A stretch of DNA of 58,536 nucleotides from a virus (IMGVR_UViG_3300001199_000003:1-58536); one strand, 5' to 3'. Shown: positions 27,792 to 37,476, counted from the first letter of the stretch. Numbers and translations are program-made. The notes: generated by a model from the sequence alone, not told the origin.

Positions 27792-27796
27792 AAATA

Positions 27797-27872
27797 TGGA
27801 GCCGACGACAGGAATCGAACCTGCTGCCTTCAGTTTACAAAACTGTTGCTCATCCTCATGAGCTTCATCGGC
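27797..27872 (-). tRNA. trnT: tRNA-Thr(UGU)
   Basis: GCCGATG/CGTCGGC acceptor, loop TTTGTAA, GGTTCGATTCC, encoded CCA. Confidence 0.93.
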
Positions 27873-27882
27873 ATTAAAAAAA

Positions 27883-27957
27883 TGGAGCCGTTGGAGAATT
27901 TTGAAATCTCGGCCTTCGCATTGGAAGTGCGACGCTCTGCCTCTGAGCTACAACGGC
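27883..27957 (-). tRNA. trnG: tRNA-Gly(UCC)
   Basis: GCCGTTG/CAACGGC acceptor, TCGCA-CTTCCAA-TGCGA, U73, CCA; T-stem has U53.U61. Confidence 0.9.
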
Positions 27958-27961
27958 TAAA

Positions 27962-28042
27962 TGGTGAGAAGCTAGGCTGGCGCTGGTATCCAACATTTCC
28001 CTATTTGCGTTAAACCCTTCATTTCCTCCGAAGGGACTTCTC
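27962..28042 (-). ncRNA. tRNA-like RNA with 7-bp acceptor stem and ACCA end but no canonical anticodon/T arm
   Basis: GAGAAGT...GCTTCTC-A-CCA; internal CCCTTC/GAAGGG and GTTGG/CCAGC helices; sits between tRNA-Asp and tRNA-Gly with the same short T-rich spacers. Confidence 0.7.
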
Positions 28043-28050
28043 ATAAAAAA

Positions 28051-28128
28051 TGGCGGCACGTATCGGATTTGAACCGATGATCTCCTCATAGACAGTGAGG
28101 CATCCACTCCAGGCTGGACCAACGCGCC
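28051..28128 (-). tRNA. trnD: tRNA-Asp(GUC)
   Basis: GGCGCGT/ACGTGCC acceptor, CCTCA-CTGTCTA-TGAGG, G73, CCA. Confidence 0.95.
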
Positions 28129-28140
28129 GAAAAAGAAACT

Positions 28141-28169
28141 AATATACCCTAAAACGAAAAAACCCGCAA
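28141..28169 (-). promoter_or_regulatory. possible sigma70 promoter for the tRNA array
   Basis: TTGCGG-17-TATATT on the - strand, overlapping the tube terminator. Confidence 0.45.
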
Positions 28170-28187
28170 GTGGTTAGCTTGCGGGTT
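28157..28187 (-). terminator. rho-independent terminator after the tail tube
   Basis: AACCCGCAAG/CTTGCGGGTT stem, T-run on the - strand. Confidence 0.85.
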
Positions 28188-28213
28188 GTAATTGGTTGAT
28201 TTTGTTAAATCAA

Positions 28214-28663
28214 TTACGGCAAGCTTACTGCTCCAGTCCCTTCATCTTGTGCTCCAGATTCATCACTTGCACGGATACCCATGTAGTTGATAGAAACACG
28301 CGATGTGGCTTTCGCATTATAGTTTGTGTTATCTGTTGTCGGCACACACCCGAGGATCGTTTCCATTGTTTCGCCGGTCTGACGATCCACGATAGTCATC
28401 GTGAAAGGCTCGAAAGCCAATAGATCTTGGATTTTCGGGACTTTAGGAAGAACGTGCTTACCTTGGCCAACAACGCGGAAACCTGAACAAGATACGTTCA
28501 CGGCTTCTTTAGACGTGATCGCAATTTCGTCAGGGCTGTAACGGCCAAGCAAGTGAATTGCTTCGACCCCAGTGCTGTTTGATACGCTACAAGACTCAAA
28601 GATACCAACCAGTTGGTTGTCAATGTAAACTTTGGCTCGTGCGCCTGTGACTACTTTACTCAT
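28214..28663 (-). CDS. tail tube protein
   Basis: 149 aa directly after the sheath; TGARAKVYID..LVG...E.IH.LG...P.E motif. Confidence 0.85.
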   Translation of the reverse strand: MSKVVTGARAKVYIDNQLVGIFESCSVSNSTGVEAIHLLGRYSPDEIAITSKEAVNVSCSGFRVVGQGKHVLPKVPKIQDLLAFEPFTMTIVDRQTGETMETILGCVPTTDNTNYNAKATSRVSINYMGIRASDESGAQDEGTGAVSLP

Positions 28664-28688
28664 ATTTAATTCTCCTACCTATCTAAGA

Positions 28689-30839
28689 TTAAGCTGCCGA
28701 CTGAACTTGCGAGAAGCTCAGGTTAATTGGGATGAAGTAGATCGCTGTAGCGAGTTTAACTTCAACCGCAACGTCCATTGTAGGACCTGAGATCGAGATC
28801 TTGTCGTTTTTATAACCAAGAGGTGCGTCATCACTTGCAGCGATGAGTTTGATTTTCTTGTATCCATCCATTTTCTGAGCAAGGAAAGACTTGGCTGTAG
28901 CCGCATCAACATCTGCAAGAGATTTACCAACGAATGCTTTTTGGAAAGCATCGGCGATATCAAGAGCAATGATGTCCGAGCAATAAGTTGCTTGGATAGA
29001 GTTGTAAACAAAGTTTGTATCGAAACCGTAAGTTGTCTGGTCAGAAACCCAACGATTACCAGCTGTGTCCTGAGTAAGGAACAGAAGGCCTGCATCAAGA
29101 GCATCTTCGCAATCACCAGGAGATCCAGAGTCGAAACCTGAAGGATCAACGAAGCTGATTACGTTTGCAAACTTATTAACAATTGCTTTATAGAATCCAC
29201 CAGCCTGCATACCAGCAGCAACGCAAGATGCGTACCATGGTTGGAAAGTTTGGATTTCACCAGTCGAGTCAACTTGAGCTACCTTCTGAAGAGTCAGAGA
29301 GCAACGGTAGTTAGCAAGACCTTGAGCAACTGCTTTAGCGTCAGTGTAGCTGTCATTCCAGAAAGAAAGGATACAGATACGGTTTTTCTTAAGCTTAGGA
29401 GTGCTGTACTGAATACAGTGAGACTTAGTCGCTGCGTTAATAGCAGAAATTGTATAAGTCGAACCAGAGTCAGTGATTCCTTCAGCGATATCTTGAGTTG
29501 CATCTTGCGAGAAGAGCGGGATCACGATATTTACTTGAATACCGGCAAGCTGATTCAAAGCGTTTACGATATCAGCAGCTAAAGTTGCACCACGAGCACC
29601 GCCAGCAAGGAATGCTGCAGTTGCCATAACAGCTGGAAGACCAGCAGTTGCAGTTGGAACGAACTCAAGAGCGTTAGAAGTTCCAAGAATTTTTGCAAAG
29701 TCAGAAGCAGCAGTTTTGATACGGCCAGGACGTTGAGCAGCAGCTGTTGAAGCGATACCGATTGCGGTTACAGAATCAAGAGCAGCTGGAACTTGTTGCT
29801 GAGCAGCTGCAGAAGCAAGTGCAGAGTAACCAGTTTGAGCAGCAATGAAAGCGGCTAAATCAGCAATTGTACGGTATTGAGTCATATCTACAGACAAGTT
29901 AGCACCAGTACCGCCAGTTACAGCAGTTGTGAGCAATGTCTTAGCAGCGTTGATTGTCAAAGTTGCAGTTGTGCCTTCGTAACCAATGAACAGACCGATA
30001 TTAGAAGCAACATCGAGTGTTTCGCTGAAACCGATATCTGGACGAGAGATAGCGACTTCGACTCCAGGTTCTTGAGCAGAGACAAAAAGTCCAGCAGCAA
30101 GGCCAAGGGCAGCAAGATCAGCTGAGTTATCAACTAATTCAAAAGATTTACCCCAACCTTTACGGTTAGCGGCAGAATCAGTTGCGATTTTAAATTTCAA
30201 CGAGTTAGCAGCAGCGCCTGCAGAGGCAACGATGCCAGCTGGAAGTTTACTGTTAAGTTCGATGATCAAAGTAGCAAGATCAGCGTGATCAGCTGGAACA
30301 GCCGACAAAGTAACAGTTGTAGAAGTCAAACCGTTAAGACGGATTTGGAATTCTGCACCGTTAAGTGCTGCGCCGAAAGCTGGGATTGTAGTACCAGAAA
30401 CTTCAGGAGTTGCTTCAGCAGCAATCGAAGTGATTTGGTATTTGTACTTGTTACCGTTCTTACCAAAGTTCTGGTCACGAAGAATACCGTAGTCGGTATC
30501 AACGATGGCAGAAGCTTTCGTAGATGAGTTGGTTTTAACAATGTAGATTCTGTTAGCAGAACCAGCAATATCTGCGTCCGAGCTTGGAGCAGAGAATGCG
30601 CGCATTGCATCAACAATTGGACCAGAAAGGTATTGTTGAGACACCTTATCTAGTTGGTCAGGTGTGAACGAGTTGTTCTTAAGAACTACGTTCTGGTAGC
30701 TGTCGCCACCGTCAGCTTCACCGATGATAACTACGTTACCAGATGCGCCGAGTCCAACCGGATTACTTTTAACCGTGACGTTTGGATATGCGCCAGGGAC
30801 GTTTGTATTTACAAAACTTGTAACTACTCTTTGAGCCAT
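28689..30839 (-). CDS. tail sheath protein
   Basis: 716 aa; PGAY...V..IIGEADGG N-terminus; sheath C-terminal domain (DQTTY...NSIQ). Confidence 0.92.
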   Translation of the reverse strand: MAQRVVTSFVNTNVPGAYPNVTVKSNPVGLGASGNVVIIGEADGGDSYQNVVLKNNSFTPDQLDKVSQQYLSGPIVDAMRAFSAPSSDADIAGSANRIYIVKTNSSTKASAIVDTDYGILRDQNFGKNGNKYKYQITSIAAEATPEVSGTTIPAFGAALNGAEFQIRLNGLTSTTVTLSAVPADHADLATLIIELNSKLPAGIVASAGAAANSLKFKIATDSAANRKGWGKSFELVDNSADLAALGLAAGLFVSAQEPGVEVAISRPDIGFSETLDVASNIGLFIGYEGTTATLTINAAKTLLTTAVTGGTGANLSVDMTQYRTIADLAAFIAAQTGYSALASAAAQQQVPAALDSVTAIGIASTAAAQRPGRIKTAASDFAKILGTSNALEFVPTATAGLPAVMATAAFLAGGARGATLAADIVNALNQLAGIQVNIVIPLFSQDATQDIAEGITDSGSTYTISAINAATKSHCIQYSTPKLKKNRICILSFWNDSYTDAKAVAQGLANYRCSLTLQKVAQVDSTGEIQTFQPWYASCVAAGMQAGGFYKAIVNKFANVISFVDPSGFDSGSPGDCEDALDAGLLFLTQDTAGNRWVSDQTTYGFDTNFVYNSIQATYCSDIIALDIADAFQKAFVGKSLADVDAATAKSFLAQKMDGYKKIKLIAASDDAPLGYKNDKISISGPTMDVAVEVKLATAIYFIPINLSFSQVQSAA

Positions 30840-30852
30840 TTTATTCTCCTAA

Positions 30853-31131
30853 TTACTTAACTTTTTTAAGTCCAAAATGTGCGAGGCCTTTATCGAAATC
30901 CTTTGGGTCGTCCAGCTTTGAAGCCTTAAGGTGTTCCCAGAGAATCGGTTCGAGATCTTTAGCCTTACCGTATTGGTATTTGTTTTCTGCCCAGAAAATT
31001 CTGAACTTTTCACGTTTTTCGTGATCTTCAAGCTTTACTTCTTTGGCCACATTAAGCGACATGCGGTAAGCTTTAGCTTCTTCGAGAGTCATTTCTGACT
31101 TTTTCTCTTGTTTTTCTTTTTTATCAGACAT
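30853..31131 (-). CDS. hypothetical protein
   Basis: Coupled ORF upstream of the sheath. Confidence 0.75.
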   Translation of the reverse strand: MSDKKEKQEKKSEMTLEEAKAYRMSLNVAKEVKLEDHEKREKFRIFWAENKYQYGKAKDLEPILWEHLKASKLDDPKDFDKGLAHFGLKKVK

Positions 31132-31523
31132 TATTGCGCTCCGGTAGGTCCGGCCGGTTCTGCAGGGGCAGCTGGCGCAGCAGGTTTAGCTTTTTTCTTA
31201 GCTTCCATGTGTCCACAAAATTTAGCCAGTTTGAAGTGGCCTTTTGCGCCTGGAGTAGTTCCCCACTCAGGGTTTCCATTAACTTTAGGGTTGTCTTGTG
31301 TTGGTTGAGGGTCTTTTTTAGCTTCAACGCGCTCACCAGGGTTTACTGATTCGCCTTGGGTCTCTTCTTTAGGTGCAATTTCACCTTTAGGAGCCTTGCC
31401 TTCCTTTTCGGAAAAAGGATTCTCAGCTTTTTTCATAGCTTCGTGTTTTTTAAGCACTTCTTCGGCTTTTTTCAAAACCGCTACAGCTGCTTCTTTGGCG
31501 CTATATTTCTTTTCGTCAGACAT
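31131..31523 (-). CDS. hypothetical late protein (LKKAE motifs; possible internal head protein)
   Basis: Late motif at 31545; GAGG RBS. Confidence 0.7.
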   Translation of the reverse strand: MSDEKKYSAKEAAVAVLKKAEEVLKKHEAMKKAENPFSEKEGKAPKGEIAPKEETQGESVNPGERVEAKKDPQPTQDNPKVNGNPEWGTTPGAKGHFKLAKFCGHMEAKKKAKPAAPAAPAEPAGPTGAQ

Positions 31524-31663
31524 ACTTAAACCTCATTACTCACTTAAGATTGACACAGCCATGCTGTATCGAACCTAACATTGTGATATCATTAGACAAT
31601 ATTTTTAATTCCTATAAAACTCTAAATATCAATCTCGTCTTCGTTAAAGATTGCGAGAAAGGC

Positions 31664-32683
31664 TTATTCATCATCATCTTCGCTATCGACCGTGTACCAA
31701 GTTTCCTTAGTTTTGTCGATAAAGTCAGGAGTCGGAAGATTTGAGATGATCTTGAGACCGCCAATATAGCCTGGGGCAGGAGAGTTAGGTCCAGTGCTTT
31801 CACGAAGAAATACGTTTTCAATAATACGGCGTGGGCTCTTGATCCAGGTGTACTCTGTTTGGCCAGTTAATTGGATAGATCTCATATAAGAGTTTTCACC
31901 GTTTGCACCAGAATATGTCGGATTTTCCATCAAAGGCGAGTTTGATACGCTAGACTCGCAGAATCCTTGGGCTTCTAAAAGAGACTCGCGGTATCTTAAG
32001 ATAGAATAAAGTGCAATTGAATGGAGCCACATAGCAACTTGCGGATCGCCATGACTATAACACGCCACTTCGCAGCTTTCCTGGAAGAAAGCATGTTCAA
32101 CGCGGGCTTTGTAAAATTGATATTGAGGGACCACAGCTAATTGAGTTGCATCTAAAAGAATACCTGGCTCAATATGGATACCTTCATCGGTATAGTCTTG
32201 GATTACAAATCCTTGACCTTGCTCTGGGTCAACCAGAATCATTCCAGCTGAAATTCCAGACATTCCCTTAATAGTATCATCTACTTCCACGATTCCAGTG
32301 TTAGGATCGTAGCCAACAGGGACAAATGGTTTAACGATATAAGGAATCGGCTTACCAATCGTCTGAGGCATCAAAACAAGGCTCTCAGTAGATTGATCAG
32401 CCATGTGCTTCATGTCTGACTTTTCAGGCGCGGGCCCAGGTGTAATCGCGATCAAAGGCATTTTATCCTTGTCGTTTATCCCACGCATCTTGATTTCTAT
32501 TTCGTTTTTAAGGAACCATTCTTTGCAAGCGTCGATCTGTCTTTGGCCGTACTTGTCCTTAAGATAAGGATTATCCAAACAATCGCCAAGCATGTGGTCG
32601 ATAAGCCATGGACTTTTACGCATGTCTGCAATACCAAGTTCAATGGCAGTTTTTACTGTTAAATCTAATTGAAAAATTCCCAT
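31664..32683 (-). CDS. putative tail completion/terminator protein
   Basis: 339 aa; position upstream of sheath-tube. Confidence 0.55.
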   Translation of the reverse strand: MGIFQLDLTVKTAIELGIADMRKSPWLIDHMLGDCLDNPYLKDKYGQRQIDACKEWFLKNEIEIKMRGINDKDKMPLIAITPGPAPEKSDMKHMADQSTESLVLMPQTIGKPIPYIVKPFVPVGYDPNTGIVEVDDTIKGMSGISAGMILVDPEQGQGFVIQDYTDEGIHIEPGILLDATQLAVVPQYQFYKARVEHAFFQESCEVACYSHGDPQVAMWLHSIALYSILRYRESLLEAQGFCESSVSNSPLMENPTYSGANGENSYMRSIQLTGQTEYTWIKSPRRIIENVFLRESTGPNSPAPGYIGGLKIISNLPTPDFIDKTKETWYTVDSEDDDE

Positions 32684-33460
32684 TTATTTCCACTTCTCCA
32701 TTACTTCTGGGAGGATCTTTTCTTCCCATTCCTTCATGGCCCATTCTAGGGCTCGGTCAAGGAACTTTTTAGGCTCCATACCAGGGTGATGCCATTTACC
32801 CGCTGAGCCTGGCCCAGAAGATACGGTTCTAAATGTTAATATATCACGGCGCACGTTGCCGGACTTTGTAACTGATTGATAGATCGAAAGATTCTTGAAC
32901 TGCGGAGTATTACCTTTACCAGGGCCACCCATAGTTCCACGGGGATTACCAAAATCGAATTCATGAAGTTTCCCGATTTTAGGAGAACCATCGTCATTCT
33001 TTTCTATTTTCTTAAAAGGTACTTTTTCTTTTCTAAGTTGAGACTTAAGATAAGAAACGACCATTTGAGTGCTTGGTGTCTGCTGAGATGGAGCTGTTCC
33101 ATAATCGAATGGGATCGCTTTATAACGATGGCCATCTTTAGAGGTCTTGAAGTTATTAGCCAAAAGACCAGGCTTCATGTCTTTATTGGGTTCGATACCC
33201 TCTTCAATCCAAAGACCGTCTTCGTCAACTGAAATTATCCAAACACCAGGACTGATCTCTTCAAAGCCAAGAGAATCCATGAAAGGCTGGCGAGAAGTCT
33301 TAAGCTCTTGCGAAGCCATCTCTTTTACTTTGGCATCGGTGATAGCAGCTAAGTTCGCGACAGCTTTATTTAGATCTTGTTCAACTTCTACCTTGAAAGA
33401 CTTAAACTGCTCTGCCAGTGCGGCTGCGTCAATGTTAAAATTCAGCTTAATGTCGCTCAT
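32684..33460 (-). CDS. putative neck/tail-completion (HK97 gp10-like) protein
   Basis: Helical N-terminus, WIEEG motif, W.HPG..PKKFL..A C-terminus. Confidence 0.6.
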   Translation of the reverse strand: MSDIKLNFNIDAAALAEQFKSFKVEVEQDLNKAVANLAAITDAKVKEMASQELKTSRQPFMDSLGFEEISPGVWIISVDEDGLWIEEGIEPNKDMKPGLLANNFKTSKDGHRYKAIPFDYGTAPSQQTPSTQMVVSYLKSQLRKEKVPFKKIEKNDDGSPKIGKLHEFDFGNPRGTMGGPGKGNTPQFKNLSIYQSVTKSGNVRRDILTFRTVSSGPGSAGKWHHPGMEPKKFLDRALEWAMKEWEEKILPEVMEKWK

Positions 33461-33462
33461 TA

Positions 33463-34896
33463 CTATCCCTGAGCTGGTTTGACCGGCTTACCTTCAGGAC
33501 TTAAAACGCGGCCTTCCTTCATATTAATGAAAGATTCTTTACCATTTTTAGGATCGACATATTTCTTTTGGCCTTGAGCATTGATAGCTCCAGAAGGTAG
33601 AGGAGTACGAGCTACGTGTTGAGTAGTTGCTGAGGTAGGAAGTTTTCCGACACCTTGACCGATACCGCCAGCTGGGGCTCCACCGTTTTCGGGATGGGCG
33701 GGAAATGGGTTAGCCCAAGAGTTCCCATTGTTAGAGTCACCGTCTTGCGATGCACTTCCAGCAGCTGGAGCATGTTGAGGCTGCGGAGCGGCTCCGCCAT
33801 TATCAGGATGAACAGGAAATGGGTCTTGCCATTCAGATTGAGGATTTCCTTCAAGTGGGTTTTGATCAGGAGTTGCGCCATTTTCAGAAAGACCCAACAT
33901 TTTAGCCATTTCAATCATCGCTTTAAGCATCATGATTGAAGATGAGTAAAGCTGAGGAGCTTGAGTTTGAGATCTTTCGATGATTGATTTACAAGCTTTG
34001 AATCCAGTCAATGCCTGAGATACCATTTGAACTACACGTTCACGCTGAATATTATCGGCATGATTGTCCAGTCCTTCATGTAGGACAGAGCTAAGATCAG
34101 GAGAAACAGCTGTATTATCTTCATCGAGAGCCATATCGCTAGGTGCGTTTTGAGAGTAACTTTCAGGACGACTTACGCCATCAATAACATCTGTTCCAGG
34201 AACGATGGCTGCAGCGTCAGTCTGTAACGCAACTTGAGCGCCCTGTGGACCAGGACCATTTGCTCCAGTAGAAGGATCTTGCTCAATTTGTTGAGCAATC
34301 GCTTGCATTGCTTCTTTAGACTGATCAACTTGAACTGACTCAGCAGGACTTACGATACCGTCTCCATTAAGATCAGCTGGACCAGCAGAGCCAGAAACAT
34401 TAGACTCACCTGTACCGTTTTGGTCCAGAAGTAAGTTATTGTTTGTAGTGTCATCCATTGGAGTGACTTGCTCTTGAGGATCTTCGCCAGGAATAGGTTT
34501 AGGGATCGCTGGAGCGTCAAGCGCTTGACCAGCAAAATCTTCAGAGTTAGTAGTTGTAGGATTTTGAGTTTGCGGGACTGCTGCACAATATTGGCAATCA
34601 GATCCTTGTTGCGCGTCGGCGCAATATTTACAACCAGGAGCGGCAGCCGCTACTTCAGGACGATTACAATATTGGCAATCAGATCCAGCAGTGCCGTTAG
34701 AAGCAGCGCAGTATTTGCAAGAAGCTAAGTCTTGAGCGGGAGCTTCAGAACGAGCGCAATAATGGCAATCACCTTCTTCAGGATCATTAACTTGCTTAAG
34801 CGCTACGCAATATTGACATCCAGTATCTTCAGACATGGCAATTGTAGAACTGCCAGCATCTGGCGCTGCCGATGCTTGTTTTTTCAACTTATCCAC
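33463..34896 (-). CDS. low-complexity protein with six C-x-Y-C repeats
   Basis: GCQYC, DCHYC, SCKYC, DCQYC, GCKYC, DCQYC; two PFPxHPxNGG repeats. Confidence 0.75.
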   Translation of the reverse strand: MDKLKKQASAAPDAGSSTIAMSEDTGCQYCVALKQVNDPEEGDCHYCARSEAPAQDLASCKYCAASNGTAGSDCQYCNRPEVAAAAPGCKYCADAQQGSDCQYCAAVPQTQNPTTTNSEDFAGQALDAPAIPKPIPGEDPQEQVTPMDDTTNNNLLLDQNGTGESNVSGSAGPADLNGDGIVSPAESVQVDQSKEAMQAIAQQIEQDPSTGANGPGPQGAQVALQTDAAAIVPGTDVIDGVSRPESYSQNAPSDMALDEDNTAVSPDLSSVLHEGLDNHADNIQRERVVQMVSQALTGFKACKSIIERSQTQAPQLYSSSIMMLKAMIEMAKMLGLSENGATPDQNPLEGNPQSEWQDPFPVHPDNGGAAPQPQHAPAAGSASQDGDSNNGNSWANPFPAHPENGGAPAGGIGQGVGKLPTSATTQHVARTPLPSGAINAQGQKKYVDPKNGKESFINMKEGRVLSPEGKPVKPAQG

Positions 34897-35851
34897 GTTT
34901 GCTCCTCAACACTTCTAAAAGCATCTCAATGTTTTCTACGTCCCAGCCACGGCCGAAACGGATTTTGATGCCTTCTTCAGTTTTCTTAATATGAATTTTT
35001 TTGTCCATGTCATCGCCTAAGCAGACACAGCCAGAGAACATTTTGCCGTCAAAGATATTCTTTTTACAGTCTGGGCAGCTGACCTGTTCATTTTTGGTCA
35101 TCTCAATAGAGAATTCGCCAGGTTTTTGCTTGCTTTTACGTTGATCTAAGAAACCTTTTAACGGAGATTCTTTTTTTGATTTCACGCCTTCCTTAAATCC
35201 TTCTTCCATTGCTTTTTCAATTACTTCGGAAGATGGGTAAGATGGGCCGTTATCAGTAATCTCTTGAGCCCTTGCTTCAAAGCTTGGTACTATCGGAGCC
35301 ACGTCATCGCTCAGTTTAGCCATAAGTAATTGTTTGATGGCGTCTCTTTCTTCAATTTTCTTATCGACTACTTTGCCGATTAGATCGTGAAGAGCAAGTC
35401 TTTCATCAATCAAGTTTTGCAGTTTTTTAGTAACATCTTCAGCGGGCTGTTTCTTATCGTTATCAACTAGCTTTTCAGTGTCATACATTTCAAAAGCACT
35501 CATGATCACAAGGCCTACGCCAGGGATAGAGCGATATTTGAAATCTACGATTCTTACGTTATCTTCAAATACTTCTCCAGAATAAACATCACGCTCATGT
35601 TTACTTAAACGAACCATGGAGTCTGAGCCAACTTCTAGCTTAATTTCTTTGGTCTCGCCAATAGTCATCGGAGTAAGTTCGCGGATCAAGAGGGCCATGA
35701 TGGTTCTGGGAACGATCATTAGTGCAGTCTTGATCTCTTCGTGATCTACAGTCGTGCGCGTTCCTGGCTTCCACAGCTCAACTTTGGCCAAAGACTCGAA
35801 AAAGTCTTTACCTAGCGTCTTGCTTAGAAAATGGTCAGCGTTGAAAGCCAT
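34889..35851 (-). CDS. hypothetical head-region protein with C-terminal zinc ribbon
   Basis: CPDC...CVC near the C-terminus. Confidence 0.75.
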   Translation of the reverse strand: MAFNADHFLSKTLGKDFFESLAKVELWKPGTRTTVDHEEIKTALMIVPRTIMALLIRELTPMTIGETKEIKLEVGSDSMVRLSKHERDVYSGEVFEDNVRIVDFKYRSIPGVGLVIMSAFEMYDTEKLVDNDKKQPAEDVTKKLQNLIDERLALHDLIGKVVDKKIEERDAIKQLLMAKLSDDVAPIVPSFEARAQEITDNGPSYPSSEVIEKAMEEGFKEGVKSKKESPLKGFLDQRKSKQKPGEFSIEMTKNEQVSCPDCKKNIFDGKMFSGCVCLGDDMDKKIHIKKTEEGIKIRFGRGWDVENIEMLLEVLRSKRG

Positions 35852-35862
35852 TTTAATGCTTC

Positions 35863-36324
35863 CTACTTGATTTCAGTTTTGATAGACGTATCGTCTTCGA
35901 TTAGATAAACCAAAAGCGTTGCCGCAGAAGCGATAACTTGATCTTGATCTCCGCACGCAATATATGTCCAATCATTAGGAGCACATGCGATACCTACGTT
36001 TTGTCCATCCGTGTTAGCTTGAACCGCACCAGGAGCTTGAGAAACAGGAGTTAACTGTGTTCCAGTATTTGCAACAAAACCTAAAGTGATAGATCCTACT
36101 GCACCAGCGTTATTGTAAACAGCTAAGTTACGGCCTTTCGACGGTAAAGTACGAACAGTAGTGGCATCTGTAGTCCACGCTGTAGCGCTGGAATTTAGAG
36201 GCTTAAGTTTGCGGCCCACTTCAACATTCTTCTGTGCCCCAGCATGTTCGTTGTAGGTGTGGTTAGAGATCGCTGAAGGATCTTGGGTCTTATTGCCTGG
36301 GAATACTCTTTGAATTTTAGCCAT
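35863..36324 (-). CDS. putative virion protein
   Basis: Late motif at 36357; AAGGA RBS. Confidence 0.7.
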   Translation of the reverse strand: MAKIQRVFPGNKTQDPSAISNHTYNEHAGAQKNVEVGRKLKPLNSSATAWTTDATTVRTLPSKGRNLAVYNNAGAVGSITLGFVANTGTQLTPVSQAPGAVQANTDGQNVGIACAPNDWTYIACGDQDQVIASAATLLVYLIEDDTSIKTEIK

Positions 36325-36373
36325 AAATAATTGGTTTCCTTATAGTTTAGTAGGTTTAAGATTGTCGTACATT

Positions 36374-37303
36374 TTATTCATCTTCTTCCTCGCCAATAGT
36401 GCTCATATCGACAGGAATATGAGGGGAAGGCTTAATAGATGAAACTGGTTCTTTTCCTTCTCTTTTCGGGTCCTTAGACTTCAATTGATTAAGCTTATCG
36501 CCCTTATTTTGATTATGGAACATGTATTCACGTACAACAAGTGCGTGATAAGGCATACGCTGAGGGGCTCTTTCCCCATTTGTGGTTACGTTAGTAATAC
36601 GAACTTCTTTTAAAAGGATCGTAATGTACCAATATGAGCGATACAGGTAACGTACCGAATATACTCGTCCTTTACCAGTTTCTGGATCAATACCAGGATT
36701 TTTACCGCCAGCTAACCATCGAATATTTCCATCTGCGGTGATACTGTAATCAACACCTTGTGTATAGGCTACGTTCCGAGAATCAACCAGAGGCATTTCC
36801 ATCTGAACAATAGGAAACATGGGAATATTGTCAACGCCTGGTTCGTAGTCCATCTTTTGAGGATTCGAGACTAGAACGTCAGCTTCAGGATCAGCTACAT
36901 AAATGCGGTCGCCTGGCGAGAGATAAATACGAGCACCATTAGATACTCCACCATTTTCATTATAAAATCGAGGAAGTACCAGTTTAGACTCTGAGGGGTC
37001 CAAAACACCGGCTTCTCCACGTTTACGATCACGACTGTTATCGGTCATGGTAGCGGTAAATTTCCCTGCACAACGGTAAATCATGCCGTTTGAAGTGATC
37101 GTATCAACTCCGTCATTTCTACGGTAGTCTCCTCGATCATTTTGGCCAATAGGAGAGGGCATACCTTTATAATGAAAGTATTCAACTCCCAAACCAGTAG
37201 AGAGGCCCACTTCGAGACGATCAAGATCAAATGATTCTTGGACGTACTCCATGTTCCTATCTATGACATCAATTTGATTGCCTCTAGGCGTTCTGTTGCT
37301 CAT
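36374..37303 (-). CDS. putative head-closure/neck protein
   Basis: 309 aa; YSVRY..R..W motif; position among head-tail genes. Confidence 0.55.
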   Translation of the reverse strand: MSNRTPRGNQIDVIDRNMEYVQESFDLDRLEVGLSTGLGVEYFHYKGMPSPIGQNDRGDYRRNDGVDTITSNGMIYRCAGKFTATMTDNSRDRKRGEAGVLDPSESKLVLPRFYNENGGVSNGARIYLSPGDRIYVADPEADVLVSNPQKMDYEPGVDNIPMFPIVQMEMPLVDSRNVAYTQGVDYSITADGNIRWLAGGKNPGIDPETGKGRVYSVRYLYRSYWYITILLKEVRITNVTTNGERAPQRMPYHALVVREYMFHNQNKGDKLNQLKSKDPKREGKEPVSSIKPSPHIPVDMSTIGEEEDE

Positions 37304-37475
37304 TTTTCTTTACACACTTATTAACTAATTCTTCAAGTTTCTTATCGGTTTCGATATGACATAAAGTCAAGATCTCTTTGATCTTATTAAGACTTATATC
37401 ATTTCTCTGCGGTTGGGCTTCGATTTGACAGTTAGTGTCGTAGGATTCAAGCGTTTCTTGTCTTTTCTGTAACAT
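37284..37475 (-). CDS. small hypothetical protein
   Basis: Fills the gap between coupled genes. Confidence 0.5.
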   Translation of the reverse strand: MLQKRQETLESYDTNCQIEAQPQRNDISLNKIKEILTLCHIETDKKLEELVNKCVKKNEQQNA

Positions 37476-37476
37476 A

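Noticed and set aside
28718-30860. Many antisense or alternate-frame ORFs over the sheath, capsid, tail fibre and NAMPT-like genes
   Set aside because: Shadow ORFs of strongly biased coding sequence, lacking RBSs or recognisable motifs
34570-34830. Multihaem cytochrome c motifs
   Set aside because: CxxC is never followed by His and there is no signal peptide
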